In this document: in pieces, positions 34,500-47,258 of the stretch
Layout of the letters: each line of letters begins with the position of its first letter
Position numbering within the stretch: the first letter of the stretch is position 1
Assembly: GCA_013239625.1 (NCBI GenBank)
Contig: MU054187.1
Coordinates: forward strand, 13,858,974-13,922,973
Reading direction: 5' to 3'
Origin: Lama guanicoe
Taxonomy: Eukaryota
DNA: 64,000 nucleotides
Position numbers and translations under genes: made by a program
Notes under the pieces: model-generated
What the model saw: the letters and a program-made list of their open reading frames with translations, nothing else
Databases searched by the model: none
Told to the model about the DNA's origin: nothing

Positions 34500-36030
34500 G
34501 AGTCACCGCAGTAGGTCAGGTAGGGGAGGAGCCAAGCAGTTCGGGCTGGAGAGGTGAGGCAGCTTCGGGCAGTCATGAAAGGTGAGGTCAACAGAGCTTG
34601 GGGAAACTGATAGGAAGTTAAAAAAGGAAGGAGCCCCAGTAAAACCCAGGTTTCAGGTTCTATTAAATCAGTATGAGAAAGGCAAGGAGAGGGGAAAACT
34701 GAGTTGGGGTTTGGATGTGTTGAGTGTCATGTGCTTCTGGAGCTATCCAGGGGGCAGTGTCAGATGCTCGGGAGAGACGTGGGCCAGAGAGTTGATTTGG
34801 GAATCATTGGCATAAAATGACACCTAAAGCTGTAGGGGCCAGTGAGATTGTCTTGAGAAGGCAGGTGGAGCGGGCAGGGCAGAGCGCTGGCCAGCACAGG
34901 CAGGGCAGAAGGCAAGCGGCCAGCAAAGCAGCCTGAGAAGTTGTAAGAGTAAAAGGAGAGCCGGGAGAGTGTCACAAAAGACAGAGGAGCAGACACGGGC
35001 AGGAAGAGAACTGATGAGCCGGTCGGATGAGAATGCTAGATCAGGTGTCATGTTTATTGAATTTGGCAACATGGTGGTCAAGGGTGACTTGACCAGGCCA
35101 GACCATTTTAGCAGGGCAGTGGTGGCAGGACCCTGACCACAATGAGGCTGAAGAGGGAAATAAAGAAATACAGACGGCAAGTGTAAATGACTCTTCTGAA
35201 AAATCGGCTGTGGGTAGAAAGAGAGGTACTCAGTTGTAGCTGGAGAAGAATGCAGAATTCAGGGAAGGAAGACAGAGAGAGAGAGAGAGAGAGAGAGAGT
35301 ATGTGTGTAAGCTACAGGAATCAGTACAAGGCAGAGACTGAAATTCCAAGAAAGAGGATGCGTAATCAATATATCAAGATTCTGAGTGGGAGAGAGGGAT
35401 GGTATCTGGAGAGCTTTGAGCCAGAGGGACGCCTTTGATCTGCTTATTTTTTTGTGTGTTTGTGAGCGCAGAGAAACGAGAAAGTTTTCTCTAAGGAAGG
35501 GTATGGAATAAAAACATTTTCATTTGACCTTTTCCCTATAGGAGGCCAGGGTTGGTGCAGTGGGGGCTGGTGCTGATGTCGGGGTACTGAGAGCGGGGGG
35601 AAATGAGACTGCCAGACACAGAAGGAGCCAAGGAGTGAGTGAGAGCTGCATCCCAACAAGTGCAGAGTTTCAAGTTCAAGGAAGTCAAGAGCGGTCTTCA
35701 AGTTCAAAAGTTATGAGTGGGGCCAAGGCCACTATACTAAGCCGAGGTCAGGTGCCCTTTGGGATGCACATGCTGTGGAGGGAAAACAGTAAAGATACAG
35801 CAGCAAGAGTCCTGGGAGCTGAGGCTTTCCTAGCCATCACCTGGGTCATCATCAAATTGGGAGACTGAACAAGGCAGGACTCATGGTGTCTGTTGAGAAA
35901 AAGGGAACAGGAGTTTGGTAAGGAGGCTGGAGGAGAGCAGTAAAGCTTTGGAATGTCACTGAGAATAGAAAAGGAAGGTGATGAAGGACGAGTGAAAAAG
36001 AGTGGTCCAGCTGAAATCACAGACTAGAAA
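34500..36030 (-). mobile_element. Long degenerate L2 (contains (GA)n/(GT)n at 35273-35308)
   Basis: gagttggggtttggatgtgttgagt...gatttgggaatcattggcata...atttggcaacatggtggtcaagggtgacttgacc...; purine-rich antisense L2 text. Confidence 0.65.
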
Positions 36031-37844
36031 TCTGTAGCAGTGTCAGCCCTGGCAGGTGAGTTATTGTCTCCATTTGTGCTCAGCAGCCCGAGGACAGTAG
36101 CAAACAAACAGCACTGTGAAACCACTCGTGCTGGGCAGGTGTGGCGGACGTCCAGGGCCCAGGCAGTCGAGGAGGCTGGAAAAGGAATGAGTCAAATAGG
36201 TGCAAAAGCAAAGTTTATAAACAGAGATAGAAACATAACTGTATAATCATAGAGCTAATGAATAACTCATAATATGGAAGTTAACCTAAGCCTATTTTTA
36301 GATGGCACTTTTCTACTTTCTAAGAGTAAAGTCTCCTGTTCTCTCCACTCAAGGAGATCGTCTTGCTCCAGGTTCAATACACAGACCTCTCAGTTGCCAT
36401 TTTTCTCTCTCAAAAGACAAATGTTTTACCCTCTTGTGGTGGCAGGTAGACAGAGACACAGCTGAAGTTCTGGAGGTACTTTCGCAGTGATTAAATCGTG
36501 ATTGAGTTGGCAGTCACCGAAAACTCAGAACCCACAGTTCCATATTTTTGGAAGGAAGCACATGGGTTATTTCCCCTGGGAGTTCCATTAATGGAGAAAA
36601 AAACACAACTCCACAAACTAAACTGGTTTGACATTTACTTAAAATATACCAAGTGTTATTTATCTGGATTATCTTATTACATGGCCTAGGTCTGCCAGAT
36701 AATTAAAGGGCAGCTGGAAAACGAGGATCAAATCATGGCGGTATCTTCCAGGAAGAACGTTTAGGGCTCCCTCCCCTTTGTTTGATGAGCTTGGTCTGAA
36801 CTAATGAAAGTATTGTGTTGGGGCCAGGAGGGGATGCAGTGGGAACAGAAGGGGAGGTTGCTTTCCCTCTTGTTTTAAAAAGAGCTTTTGTTTATTCTGG
36901 TAAGTAAAAGAGTTGGCAGGATAGAGAGAAGGATATGAATCTTTTTAGTTTTAATAGAAAAAAATTTCATTCTTGGCTCATGTATTCTCTTTTATGACAT
37001 TATATTGCATTATGAAGTATGGAAATGAAACTCACCCTGGGGAATAAAGAATGCTACCTCCCTATATTTTTATTGGAAATTAAGATATATAATATATTAA
37101 TGAGAATTTATGGGGGAAAAAAAACCCTGGAGATTCTGGGAAGAATCCTGCAAAGCAGCATGCCTCCTGCAGACAAGCAATAAATATTAATCGATGAGGT
37201 CATGAGAATTTAAATTTGGTTCTCTGCTCCAACTCTGCTGCCTTCTTTCTCCTACCACAGCTACCTAAAATTAAGCAGCCACAGTGTTCAGGGCTTTGAA
37301 CGGACCATATGTTTCTGTCTTTGTGTGGAATTAATTAACCAAACTACAACATGGCTAACTTGGAAAGCTGGGATCCACGTCCTTTCTTCAAAATGAGCAA
37401 ATCACCACGCCTGTCTTTGGAAGAGGTCAGTATAGGGAGGGTATGATTGGGCATTGCCCAGTTCTCAGTGGCATCACTACGAGCAGGTGGCCCATTAGGC
37501 AACTGTACTCATGAGAGGATTCGCCAGGAACCTTTTCAGGATTAGCTGGTTGTCCAAAGGCCGGGGTGATGACTGGATACCTGAGTGAGGCCAGATCAGG
37601 GGCCAAACCATCAGAATTCAGATAAGGTTACCAATGTCGCAGGTGGGAACAGAGAAATTCAGCATGGCTGGGGTGGAGCGTCAGCAGTTTGGACAGCCTC
37701 TGCCTAAAACAAGTGGATCAGTAGTCCCCATAGTCAGCTCAGATGCATGCCTTCTTGACTTCTTCTGGCTTTTTTCTTCTCTGGGGGCTTTATAAGGTCC
37801 CCTTTACAAAGATAAAGGCAAGCTGGTATATGGAAACATCTGGA

Positions 37845-38045
37845 TGTCATGGGAGGTCTAAGGTTTGGAGCCAGACCAAACCAGGTTGAATCTCAGCTTA
37901 AGCACTAACGACCTTCAAGAGCTTGAGTGAACTGACCTCCATTTTCCTAACAAGAAGCAGGGACCATGATGCCTAGCTGTCAGGTTGTCGTGAGCATTAA
38001 ATGAGGTAATGTACGAAAGCAGCTAGGACACAGGAATTTCTGAAT
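37845..38045 (+). mobile_element. MIR SINE
   Basis: tttggagccagaccaaaccaggttgaatctcagct...caggttgtcgtgagcattaaatgaggtaatgtacgaaagc. Confidence 0.7.
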
Positions 38046-38166
38046 ATTTTTCTCTTTCCCTTTCATGAGTAAACATTCAAAAAGCCTGGATGATATAGGC
38101 CTATCCTGAAATCCTCATTTTTCAAATAGAGGAAGTCAAGCATTCCCTTGCTTAAGGCCTCAGGAT

Positions 38167-38336
38167 GTGGTTCTCAGATTTGGTCCCTGCACCAGTAGCA
38201 ACAGCCTCACCTCGGACCTTGGGCCCCATCCTGGACCTACTGGATCAGAAACTCATGATTAGAGATCAGAAACCCAGCAACCTGTGTTTTACCAGCCTTC
38301 CAGCTGATCTGCTGTAGGCTAAAGTTTGAAAACTGT
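38167..38336. mobile_element. MER5A-like element
   Basis: gtggttctcagatttggtccctgcaccagtagcaacagcctcacct...ggacctactggatcagaaactc...ctaaagtttgaaaactg. Confidence 0.8.
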
Positions 38337-38685
38337 TGTATTAGCATAAATCAGGTCAGTAACTCACAGTGTACAGCAGGTAGAGAGCTCACAGGCCTCA
38401 GGTGAACAGTTTGTATGAAATACAGAATCATCCTTTCTTCCCCAGATGCACCGGGCGTTGGCAATGCTTTACTTTGAGCTGTGCAGGGTTGCCGTCAGCT
38501 GGAGTCCACATCATGATGGCACCTAAGTCCTGAACTTGGGAGAGCAGTCATTCCCAAAATTCTTTCTGCTGTGAGACCGTTAGTTCAGTTACCTATCTCT
38601 ATCAGATGTAAGAAACAAAATATAGAACTCATTACCTCCCTGTTGCATGAAGCCAGTTCTTTTTTTTTCATAAACAGGAAGAGAA

Positions 38686-39315
38686 TTTTTTCATTTTATT
38701 GAGATATAACTGACCTATAGCATTGAATAAGTTTAAAATATACAACATAATGGTTTGATATGTGTCTATGTTGTGAAATGATTACCACGGTAAGACTAGA
38801 TAACATCATCACCATATATTGTTTAGAAAATATCTTTTTCTTGTGATGAGAACCTTTAAGATCTCTTATCTCTTGTTTTTTTGTTTCTTTTTAGGTTCCA
38901 CATATAAGTGATATCGTATGGTATTTTTCTTTATCTTTCTGGCTTACTTCACTTACTATGACAATCTCCAAGTCCATCCATGTTGCTGCAAATGGCATTC
39001 TTTTATTCTTTTTATGGCAGAGTAGTATTCCATTGTATAAATATACCACATCTTCTTTATCTAGTCAGCAGTCGATGGATATTCAGGTCGCTTACTGGAG
39101 AGCACATCGATTTCTATTCAATACCTTGTAATGACCTGTAATGAAAAAGAATATGAAAAAGAACATATATACGTGTATATATTCACTATGCTGTACACCA
39201 GAAATTAACACAATGTTGTATATCGACTATACTTCAATTTAAAAAAAATCTATTCTCTTAACAACTTTTAAATATACAATACAGTATTGTTAACTATAGT
39301 CATCACATTGTACAA
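38686..39315 (-). mobile_element. Older L1M 3' end hosting a younger inverted L1 insertion
   Basis: tttattgagatataactgac...gatgagaacctttaagatct [insert 38873-39248] attctcttaacaactttt...tacagtattgttaactatagtcatcacattgtaca. Confidence 0.8.
38873..39248. mobile_element. 5'-inverted (twin-primed) L1 insertion
   Basis: antisense L1 segment 38873-39092 joined to sense 3' tail 39093-39248 ending gactatacttcaatttaaaaaaaa. Confidence 0.75.
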
Positions 39316-40306
39316 ACCGAAGCCATTTCTTACTGGGCATTGTCACCCTCCTTCCCTTCCTCCTCACTATATTTGATGACTGAATATCAAACTGACCACT
39401 GGGTAACTTGAGATGCTTCCAACCATTGCAAAACCTTAGAGTCTCAAAAATAGTCATGACTCTGGACAGCAGCACCCCAGAGAACAAGCTTCCGAGAGGT
39501 CCTGGATAGTTCAGCCTGGGGATTAGGAGGAGTGGGACCAATTTACGATTGATGACTTCTGCAGTCCAGCCCCGCTCTACCCCCTGTGCCCAGTCCTGTG
39601 GGCCCTGTGTTGGGCGCCGCCTCACTGTAGGACTTTGAAATGACTTCTCAGCAGGTATCTGTCATACTTTGGATTAACTGCACACCTGCTTCCTCTGCCT
39701 CACTGTCTCTTTCCATGGAAGAGAAAAGCAAAATACAGCCGTGAGCTTGTCGAAACACATGCATCACAAACGAGCTGATTTCAACAACGCCCAAGGAGAT
39801 TTGGAAAACAAAACCAGCTCTTTCTCTCTTATACACACAGTGGCCACCAAAGGATACGCATTGTTCTGTCAAGGTCCAACACTTGCTAGAGTAATTGCTG
39901 GAACCTTTAGGGAAGAGAGATCGTGTTTATAATGAGAGAAAAATGGATTAATCAAAACTCTAGCCTTCAGCTGTCAGCAGTAGAGTACAATATGTCAATT
40001 GGAGTATGAGGTGGCTTTGACAAGAATACCATCTTGCTTGCTTTAGTCAATCCTATTTGGAGCAAGCTGATTTAAGCAATGATTTTTTGTCTCCCCAGCA
40101 GATGAATGCATCCCAACAAAATCCATTAGCTATGAAAGTTGTGGCATTGATTTTAGAATAGAATGCTGTTGCAAAAGAAGGAAATCATATTCTAATATCT
40201 CCACTGCTAATAGCATGTACCAGCCTCGGGAGAGATCTGTTTCAACCAAGCAGTGTGGCATGCAGGCAGGACAGCAGCGGGCAAGAGGCAACCATGTCCA
40301 CCTTAC

Positions 40307-40405
40307 CTTCAGTTCTTGGTAGAGGTTCTGTCCAGGGCCCCAAATTGTCTTTTGGACTGTTGGCACATCGCTAGACTTGAGGGAGTGGTCACTTGTTTGG
40401 GCCAT
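40307..40405 (-). other. Candidate ATG-initiated exon, product unknown
   Basis: acaATGG Kozak context, 33 open codons MAQTSDHSLKSSDVPTVQKTIWGPGQNLYQELK, donor AAG|gtaagg; no recognised homology. Confidence 0.2.
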
Positions 40406-40772
40406 TGTATATAGTCTTAAATTTCATTTGCCTGTGTTTCCTCTTAGTTGAGAAAACATGAAGTAGTAATTACAGAATAATCCTATTCAATTCCTGTTTG
40501 CTTTTCATGTAGCATTTATTAGGAAAGTACATTTTGAAATTTATCAAGGAAAAAGATGAACACTAACCACCTAGTTTGTTTCATTGCTTTACTGCTGGAC
40601 AGAGGAATAGAACAGAGTTGGTACCTACTCTGAGGGAACTCCGTAAGATTCATTAGGATTAATTCCCCAATGAGAAACGACAGAGTAACCCTCCAGCACA
40701 GGATTTGCTAACTATGGCAAATACCTAAAGGGGAAGACACTTACCCGTTAGCACCATTCAACTGGCATTTTT

Positions 40773-40831
40773 AAAAACTGAACTATCATTGATTTACATT
40801 GTTGTGTTAGTTGCAGGTGTACAGCAAATTT
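40773..40831 (-). mobile_element. Ultra-short L1 tail (~60 nt) with TSD
   Basis: ttgatttacattgttgtgttagttgcaggtgtacagcaaa; flanks aactggcattttt (40760-40772) / aactggtattttt (40832-40844). Confidence 0.85.
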
Positions 40832-41587
40832 AACTGGTATTTTTAAGTTTATATACCTAATGGCTCGCAATTAGGGAATATTCCAAGAATTTATAAGCCA
40901 GGAGGAGACTCACATAATTCTGTATAATTGAGAAGAGATGTGTGTCTAGTCTTCAGCAAACGTTGTTTCTGGATCCCCGTTGCCTGAAGCCACACTGTGG
41001 GAAATGATGTCTCTAACTTTCCCTCGTAATTGTCCCTGACAGGCAACCCAGCTTCTGCCATCATGAGGGACTCTTACCAGGGTTGTCTGTTGACACCTTT
41101 GTTCCATTGAGGTGATAATTGCCGGGGAAAGTACCTGAACTTGTGACGCCTTCAAATGGAATTATCTGATTTCCATCTGTATGTTGTACTGATAAATATG
41201 CCATGAGTTTCATCACCTCTGTCCTCTCTGTCAGACTTTATTAAATCAGATATAATGGCAAGTTCTCTGCTGATTTCAGTCAATCTGCTTTATGCTCATA
41301 TATAGTTAAAGAAGATACTTCTTCCCAAACCAGGGTGGGAATAGTCACATCCACATCTTGTTCAATTTTAACCTCCTTCTCCCTCAAAGGTATCACAGTT
41401 CCAATTATGCAGAGTGTTAGCCATTTCGAGGGTCAGAATAAGTTCAATGGAAAATAGTCTCTTTCAAGACAGTCTAGAACCTCTTTCTGTAGACTTGAGA
41501 TGAGCACAAGCAAGCTGATTATTATATAATCGATAATACTGATTAGTATATTTTAAATGCATGTGGAATTAAGGCTGTGCTTTATCC

Positions 41588-41775
41588 TGGTGGTTCTCAA
41601 ACGTGAGCTTGCATCAGAATCACCTTGAGGGGAGTCATTAACACAGATTGCTGGACCCCATTCCCAGAATTTCTTAACTCTCTAGGTCGGGGGTGTGGCC
41701 TCCAGATTTAAAATTCTAACACATTCCCAGGTGATGCTGACCATTGCTGATCTGGAACCTACCCTGTAAGAAGCA
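41588..41775. mobile_element. MER5A-like element
   Basis: gtggttctcaaacgtgagcttgcatcagaatcacct...acacagattgctggacccca...ttctaacacattcccaggtgatgctga. Confidence 0.85.
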
Positions 41776-42175
41776 TTTTTTTTTTACATTTTTATTGATT
41801 CATAATCATTTTACAGTGTTGTGTCAAATTCCAGTGTTCAGTACAATTTTTCAGTCATACATGGACATATACACACTCATTGTCACATTTTTTTCTCTGC
41901 TCTGAGCTACCACAAGATCTTGTATGTATTTCCCTGTGCTATAGAGTATGGTCTTGTTTATCTATTCTGCATATGCCTGTCAGTATCTACAAATTCTGAA
42001 ATCCTATTCTGTCCCTTCCCACCCCCTGCATCCTTGGCAACCACAAGTTTTGGGTGGATTTCTGGCTTACTTCACTTAGAATGACATTCTCTAGGAGCAT
42101 CCATGTTGCTGCAAATGGCATTATGTTGTCGGTTTTTATGGCTGAGTAGTATTCCATTGTATAAATATGCCACAT
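41776..42175 (-). mobile_element. Camelid-type L1 3' end with apparent internal deletion
   Basis: tttttattgattcataatcattttacagtgttgtgtcaaattccagtg...ggcaaccacaagttt|...tctggcttacttcacttagaatgac...attccattgtataaatatgccaca. Confidence 0.88.
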
Positions 42176-42244
42176 TTTTTAAATTTCTATTTATGTTAAT
42201 AAGTTAATTGAGCCAGATGTTTTCCACTCTCGTTCTTGAAGTTG

Positions 42245-42560
42245 CTTCTTGCAACATGGCCTAAGAGCCACATACATTGGAATCACTTGGGATACTTGTG
42301 AATAACGAGCGGGACCTGTCCCAGGCTTCTGAATCAGAAGCCCAGTGTGATGGACAGGCTTTCTAGGAGATAGCAAGGAACTACCATATAACAGTGGCTC
42401 TCAGCCTTGGCTCCAAATCAGAATCACTCAGAGAGCATTAAACACACAGATTCCCAGGTTCCAATTACAAAGATTGCTTTCCAGTTGATTTGAATGCATC
42501 CTGGACTTTGAACTTTTTAAAAGTTTCCCAGAGATTCTAAGGTACAGCCAAAGAACCACG
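42245..42560. mobile_element. Two adjacent MER5-type relics
   Basis: cattggaatcacttgggatacttgtgaata...tctgaatcagaa and cagtggctctcagccttggctccaaatcagaatcac...gattctaaggtacagcca. Confidence 0.65.
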
Positions 42561-42983
42561 GCCCTAAAAGGAGTGCTTCTGATAAACTCTTCAGTTTGTC
42601 ATTTCTTAAATTCTGCTCCTGAAGAAAATTAGTGATCCGTCAGATATTTATAAGCAATATTTTTTTTAATCTGATATGGCTGGGAAACACTAGGCTTTTA
42701 ACAACGTTACTAGGTTATTTTACACCAAGGAGCCTCAGGGCCATTGCATCACAGCTCTTCCATGTGACATTTTCAAACTGTTTCACCAAAGAACACTTTC
42801 CTGAAGAGCATTTTATTAAATGGGTTTTAGGTTTTAGAAAACCCCTAAAATTGTGTATCTGTTTGTGCATGAATGTATTAACACAACCACTTATGTGCTT
42901 TTTGGAGAGAAAGCCCTTCATATTCATCAGATTTTTTTTTCAACCAGTTCTGAACGTGATCCATAAATGGTTAAGAAATACTC

Positions 42984-43729
42984 GCCTAGTGGAGAAAAGG
43001 GAACCCTCCAACACTGTTAGTGGGAATGTAAATTGGTACAGCCACTATAGAGAACAATATAGAGGTTCCTTAAGAAACTAAAAATAGAGTTACCATATGA
43101 TCCAACAATCCCATTCCTGTACATACATCCAGAAAAAAAAAAGAAAACTCTAATTCAAAATGATATATGCAACCCAATGCTCATAGCAGCACTATTTATG
43201 ATAACCAAGACATGGAAGCAAACTAAGTGTCCATCGACAGATGAAAAGAGAAAGAAGATGTGGTATATATAAACAATGGAATATTACTCAGCCATAACAA
43301 AGAGGGAAATAATGCCATTTGCAGCAACATGGATGGACCTAGAAATTACCATACTGAGTGAAGTAAGTCAGACAGAGAAAGACAAATATTATATGGTACC
43401 ACTTATACGTGGAATCTAAAAAATAATGCAAATGAATTTATTTACAAAACAGAAACAGACTCACAGGCATAGAAAACATACTTATGGTTACCAAAGGAGA
43501 AAGGGAGTAGGGAGGGGTAAATTAGAAGTGTGAGATTAACAAACACACATCACTATATATAAAATAGATAAACAACAAGGATTTACTGTATAGCACAGGG
43601 AACTATATTCAGTATAATATAATAACCTATAATGGAAAAGAATCTGGAAAAAACGTGTATATAACTGAATCACTTTGCTATACACCTGAAACTAACACAA
43701 CATTATAAATCAACTATACTTCAGTTTTT
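42984..43729 (+). mobile_element. L1 3' end (~750 bp) with TSD at canonical endonuclease site
   Basis: gtggagaaaagggaaccctccaacactgttagtgggaatgtaaattggtacagccact...caactatacttcag; ttaagaaatactc at 42971-42983 and 43728-43740. Confidence 0.92.
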
Positions 43730-43889
43730 AAGAAATACTCCCCAAGAGTGTCAGATCCACTTTGGGGTTCTAACAAGATCCACAAGAAACAAATAAAGAA
43801 AATAGAGAATTGTTCCTTCATGATCTTAGACTCAGTTATATCCACCAGATTGTCTTTGTACTGATACTTACTAGTCCCATTCTTTTGGG

Positions 43890-44245
43890 TTTTTTAAAAC
43901 ATCTTTTCTATGATACATTCCAAATACTACAAAATCCACCCATTTAATGTATACAATTTAATGGTTTTAGTATGCTCACAGAGTTGTGTATCCATCACCA
44001 TAATCTAGTTGCTGCTTGTGCTTTTTGGTCTCATCTAAGAAGCCATTGCCTAATCCAAGGTCACAAAATTTTATGCTTGTTTTTGTCTAAAACTTTTATA
44101 GTTTTACATTTAGGTCTGTGATCCATTTTGAGTCAATTTTTGTGGCTGGTATAAGGAAGGAACCCAACTTCATTGATTTGCTTATGGACATCTGGTTGTG
44201 TTGAAAAGACTGCTCTTTTCCACATTGAATTGTCTTGGCACCCTC
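43890..44245 (-). mobile_element. Older L1M fragments (3' end joined to ORF2 piece)
   Basis: aaaatccacccatttaatgtatacaattta...; gcttgtgctttttggtctcatctaagaagccattgcctaatccaaggtcac...ttgaattgtcttggcacc. Confidence 0.8.
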
Positions 44246-44399
44246 CTCATTTCCTTTGAAAATTGTGGCATAAAAAAATAACATAAGATTTTCATAGATT
44301 AAAAGGTTCACTGAGAACCAGATAAGGTGGATATGTCTGATGAATACCGTTAGTGTCCTGGAACAATTTAAGAGCCTAATTTGGCAACCACTGGACACT

Positions 44400-44800
44400 G
44401 GGTAAGTAATTTCTGTGTGCCGGGTTCTGAGATGATAGAAAGGTGAACTGACCCTAATTTCTGTCCAGTCTCTCAGTCCACCTGGGAAGACAGGTAAGCA
44501 AACAAATATAGCAATATGGGAGACGCTCTACTAGAGATACGTACAAGGCAAAATGGAAACATGGTAGCCCAGTTGCTCAGCTCTGCCTGGCATGAAATTT
44601 GAGCTCAGCCTTGAAGTTGGAAAGGGCACTCCTGGAAGAAGGTAAAGAACAGTGGTGTGGAGGGAAGGGATCTTCAGTGGGAATGCCGTTGGGCTGGATG
44701 CTTGGAGTGTGTGCGGCGCGTGGAGAGTAGTTGGAGGTGAGACGGGAAGGCGGTCAGAGTGTGAAGAGCTCCCTCTGCAGGCCCGCCCGCGGGGTTCGGG
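44400..44800 (-). mobile_element. L2 fragment
   Basis: ttctgtgtgccgggttctgag...gggaagacaggtaagcaaacaaata...tttgagctcagccttgaagttgga. Confidence 0.5.
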
Positions 44801-45617
44801 CAACAGTCCGTGGGCAGGAGGCAGCTGCGGAAGGACCTCAGGAGGAGGTGGTTTAGTGAGTTCCTAGAAGGTTCCTCAGTCTCCTTTGGGAATCTGGCTT
44901 TGGCAAGAGGTGGTCCCAAGTCTGGCATCACTGGCAGAGAGTCCTAAATCTTTCATTATCTCCCAACCATGCCTCGGAAAGCTTGCACTCTCCTTACACA
45001 GGAAGTGCTCCACTCTGGGGTTCCAGTCACAGCTCAAGCTCCCTTCTTTATAGTAGAGCCCTGGCCCCAATAAAAATGAAAAGATAGGTAGGTACGATAA
45101 AATAGTAACTTCTCCAGATATTATCAGTGTCTCATCAGAGGCCACCCAACTCTCATCAAGTTGAAGGTCAGTCCGCTTATTAGGATAAAAGGAATAGCCC
45201 TTGAAGTTATAGGAGCACCATGGCTCCAGACGCCCTGCAGCGTAATTTTACAGCTACAACCCCAAAATATCCCTCCATCAGCAGTCATGGGAGAGCTCAA
45301 AAAACAGTGAAGAGTATGTTTATGCTAATGTAGTCAGGACACAGACCCCTACCTGTAAGTCTCTACCCCATATGCCATCTATGTTTCCAAAGACCTTAAT
45401 GGTATTTGATGATGCCTGTTATTAAGACTTAGGCTGTGGGAGTTTGTGGGGGTGTGTGTTTTAACTGAAAAGGCCTCTTAGAGGAACAATCTCTAATGCC
45501 CTACCTGAGCTCCAAGGAGGGGCGTCTAAGTGCTGTTATTTGTTAAGTAGAGCAAGAAAACGTTCCTCAACACTGTGAGAAATAAATAAAGTCTTCAAAA
45601 ATCAGTGGGAAGGGAGG

Positions 45618-45865
45618 TAGCGGAGCAGTTGAGTATTGGAGCAGGGTCGTACGACTGAACTTTAAGCTTGTGTCTGTCACTTACCAGCTGTGTGATCTTG
45701 GGCGCGTTACTTGTTGAAGCTTTAGCTCCTTGATCTGTAAAATCAGGATAATACCACGACCTACCTCATAAAGCCATTGCGGGGATTCAGTGGGATAATC
45801 CGTGTAAAAAGCTTTGCTAGCTGGCAAAAATGAAGTGCTCGATGAGTGATCTCTGTTATTATCAT
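45618..45865 (+). mobile_element. MIR SINE
   Basis: tctgtcacttaccagctgtgtgatcttgggcgcgttactt...tctgtaaaatcaggataataccacgacctacctcata. Confidence 0.85.
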
Positions 45866-46518
45866 GAGGGCCAGAGAGATTTCTTAATTTCGCTTCAGAA
45901 ATCAATATAGATGCAGTACACTGAAAAGGATAATGTGTATTCATGGCGTGTAAAAGCTTCTGAACTGAATCCTTGGCCAAACCACACAGCAATGCACGTT
46001 TAAGCATAATTTCTGAGGAAATGGTACTGTTCTTAAATCTGTCCAAATGATATTTTTAACATGTTGGGTTGTGATAGGGACTCAGCTCCATTGGTTTATG
46101 ATGATTTGTGTCTTGTTGAAGAGGAAGGCTCCCAGCAACTGGCTGAGAGACGTAACCAGAACTAGCTTTAGCTGAAGTCCGTGGTTTCTCCAGAAAAGTC
46201 ATCTGAGGCTGCAGTTACTACACAGGAGATGGACATAAGCTATGTAATTAAGGAAAGGATGCATAACCAAAAAGTTATGATGATGAAAGGAGGGAAGATG
46301 ACATGTAATTAACCTTTCCGACAGTTGACATCCTCTTTTCACAGAACTGCTCATTTAAAAAGATCCAGGTTTGCTGTGGCGTGTTATTAAATATTTAATT
46401 TACCTGCCTGCAGATTAAGTGATTTCCTCTATTGTTGTTGTTGTCGGTGAGTTATAGAGTCCTGCTTTTCACCACACCCACATTCCAAATTGTATTTTAT
46501 TAAATGAACTTGATTTTT

Positions 46519-46620
46519 TTCTTGATTTTTTTTTCTACTGAAGTACTGTCAGTTACAATGTATCAGTTTCTGGTGTACAGCACAATGTCCCAGTCATGCC
46601 TATACATGCATATACTCGTT
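46519..46620 (-). mobile_element. Short L1 tail with ~18-bp TSD
   Basis: tactgaagtactgtcagttacaatgtatcagtttctggtgtacagcacaatg; flanks ttaaatgaacttgattttt (46500-46518) / ttaaatgaactgattttt (46621-46638). Confidence 0.85.
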
Positions 46621-46699
46621 TTAAATGAACTGATTTTTAAAGGAGCTGATTTTTCCCTGGACTCTCTAAATATAAACTAATATCAGATAAGTATTCATT

Positions 46700-47235
46700 A
46701 TGGGGAGGCCAGCCCAGTGTTTCGAGTGAAGGATGAGCATGAGACAGGGAATTGTAGGTTCTCCACGGGCCAGCCAGGTCTCAGTGAGCAGGTGATAGGA
46801 CAGGCCAGGCAGGGACAGAGCAGGGACAGGGACCAGGGAAACCTGTGGGACCAGGGAAGACCAAGCAGAGTGTGCTTGGAAGATTTAGTCTGAGGTCAGT
46901 CTAGCCATGGTCGGAAGTCAGGTGTTTCAAGAGCCACACAGAGGAGACCATTTGATAGGACATTACAAAGAGAAAGCCCAAGCCTTGAAACCTGAGATGT
47001 AAGCATGTTTATTCAACTATTAGAGTCTCCAGGAAGGCCCAGAGCAGAAAACAAAGCAGATAAGTGGTTGGCATCTGGAGGACCCCATGGCAGGCCGCAG
47101 GGTCCCAGCCCAGAGCACTAGAATGTAGGGTCAGGACTTCAGTCCCTGAAGGACTCAAAAGCTAAGACCACAGTTCCTGCTGAACAAGGCAGAACATAGG
47201 TCAGGAAATCAGAGGAGGAACTCAGGGCTCTCGAG
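46700..47235. mobile_element. Possible ancient LTR fragment
   Basis: purine-rich, internally repetitive (cagggacag/gggaccaggg) text typical of old LTRs; family not identified. Confidence 0.3.
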
Positions 47236-47258
47236 TGGTAGATTATAAAGCTTCTGAA

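Noticed and set aside
33590..34514. 142-aa and 169-aa ORFs (longest in window)
   Set aside because: No recognisable motif, the second runs through a MER5 relic, and such lengths arise by chance in GC-richer DNA.
40099..40323. Plus-strand acceptor followed by a Cys-rich frame (DECIPTKSISYESCGIDFRIECCCKRRK...) resembling a beta-defensin tail
   Set aside because: The first two cysteines of the six-Cys motif are absent, there is an in-frame stop just upstream, and I found no signal-peptide exon.
42632..43081. 149-aa ORF
   Set aside because: GTG start, AT-rich with no homology I recognise, and the C-terminus reads into an L1 fragment.
43078..43087. Perfect MEF2 motif CTAAAAATAG
   Set aside because: Part of ordinary L1 ORF2 sequence, so not evidence of an enhancer.
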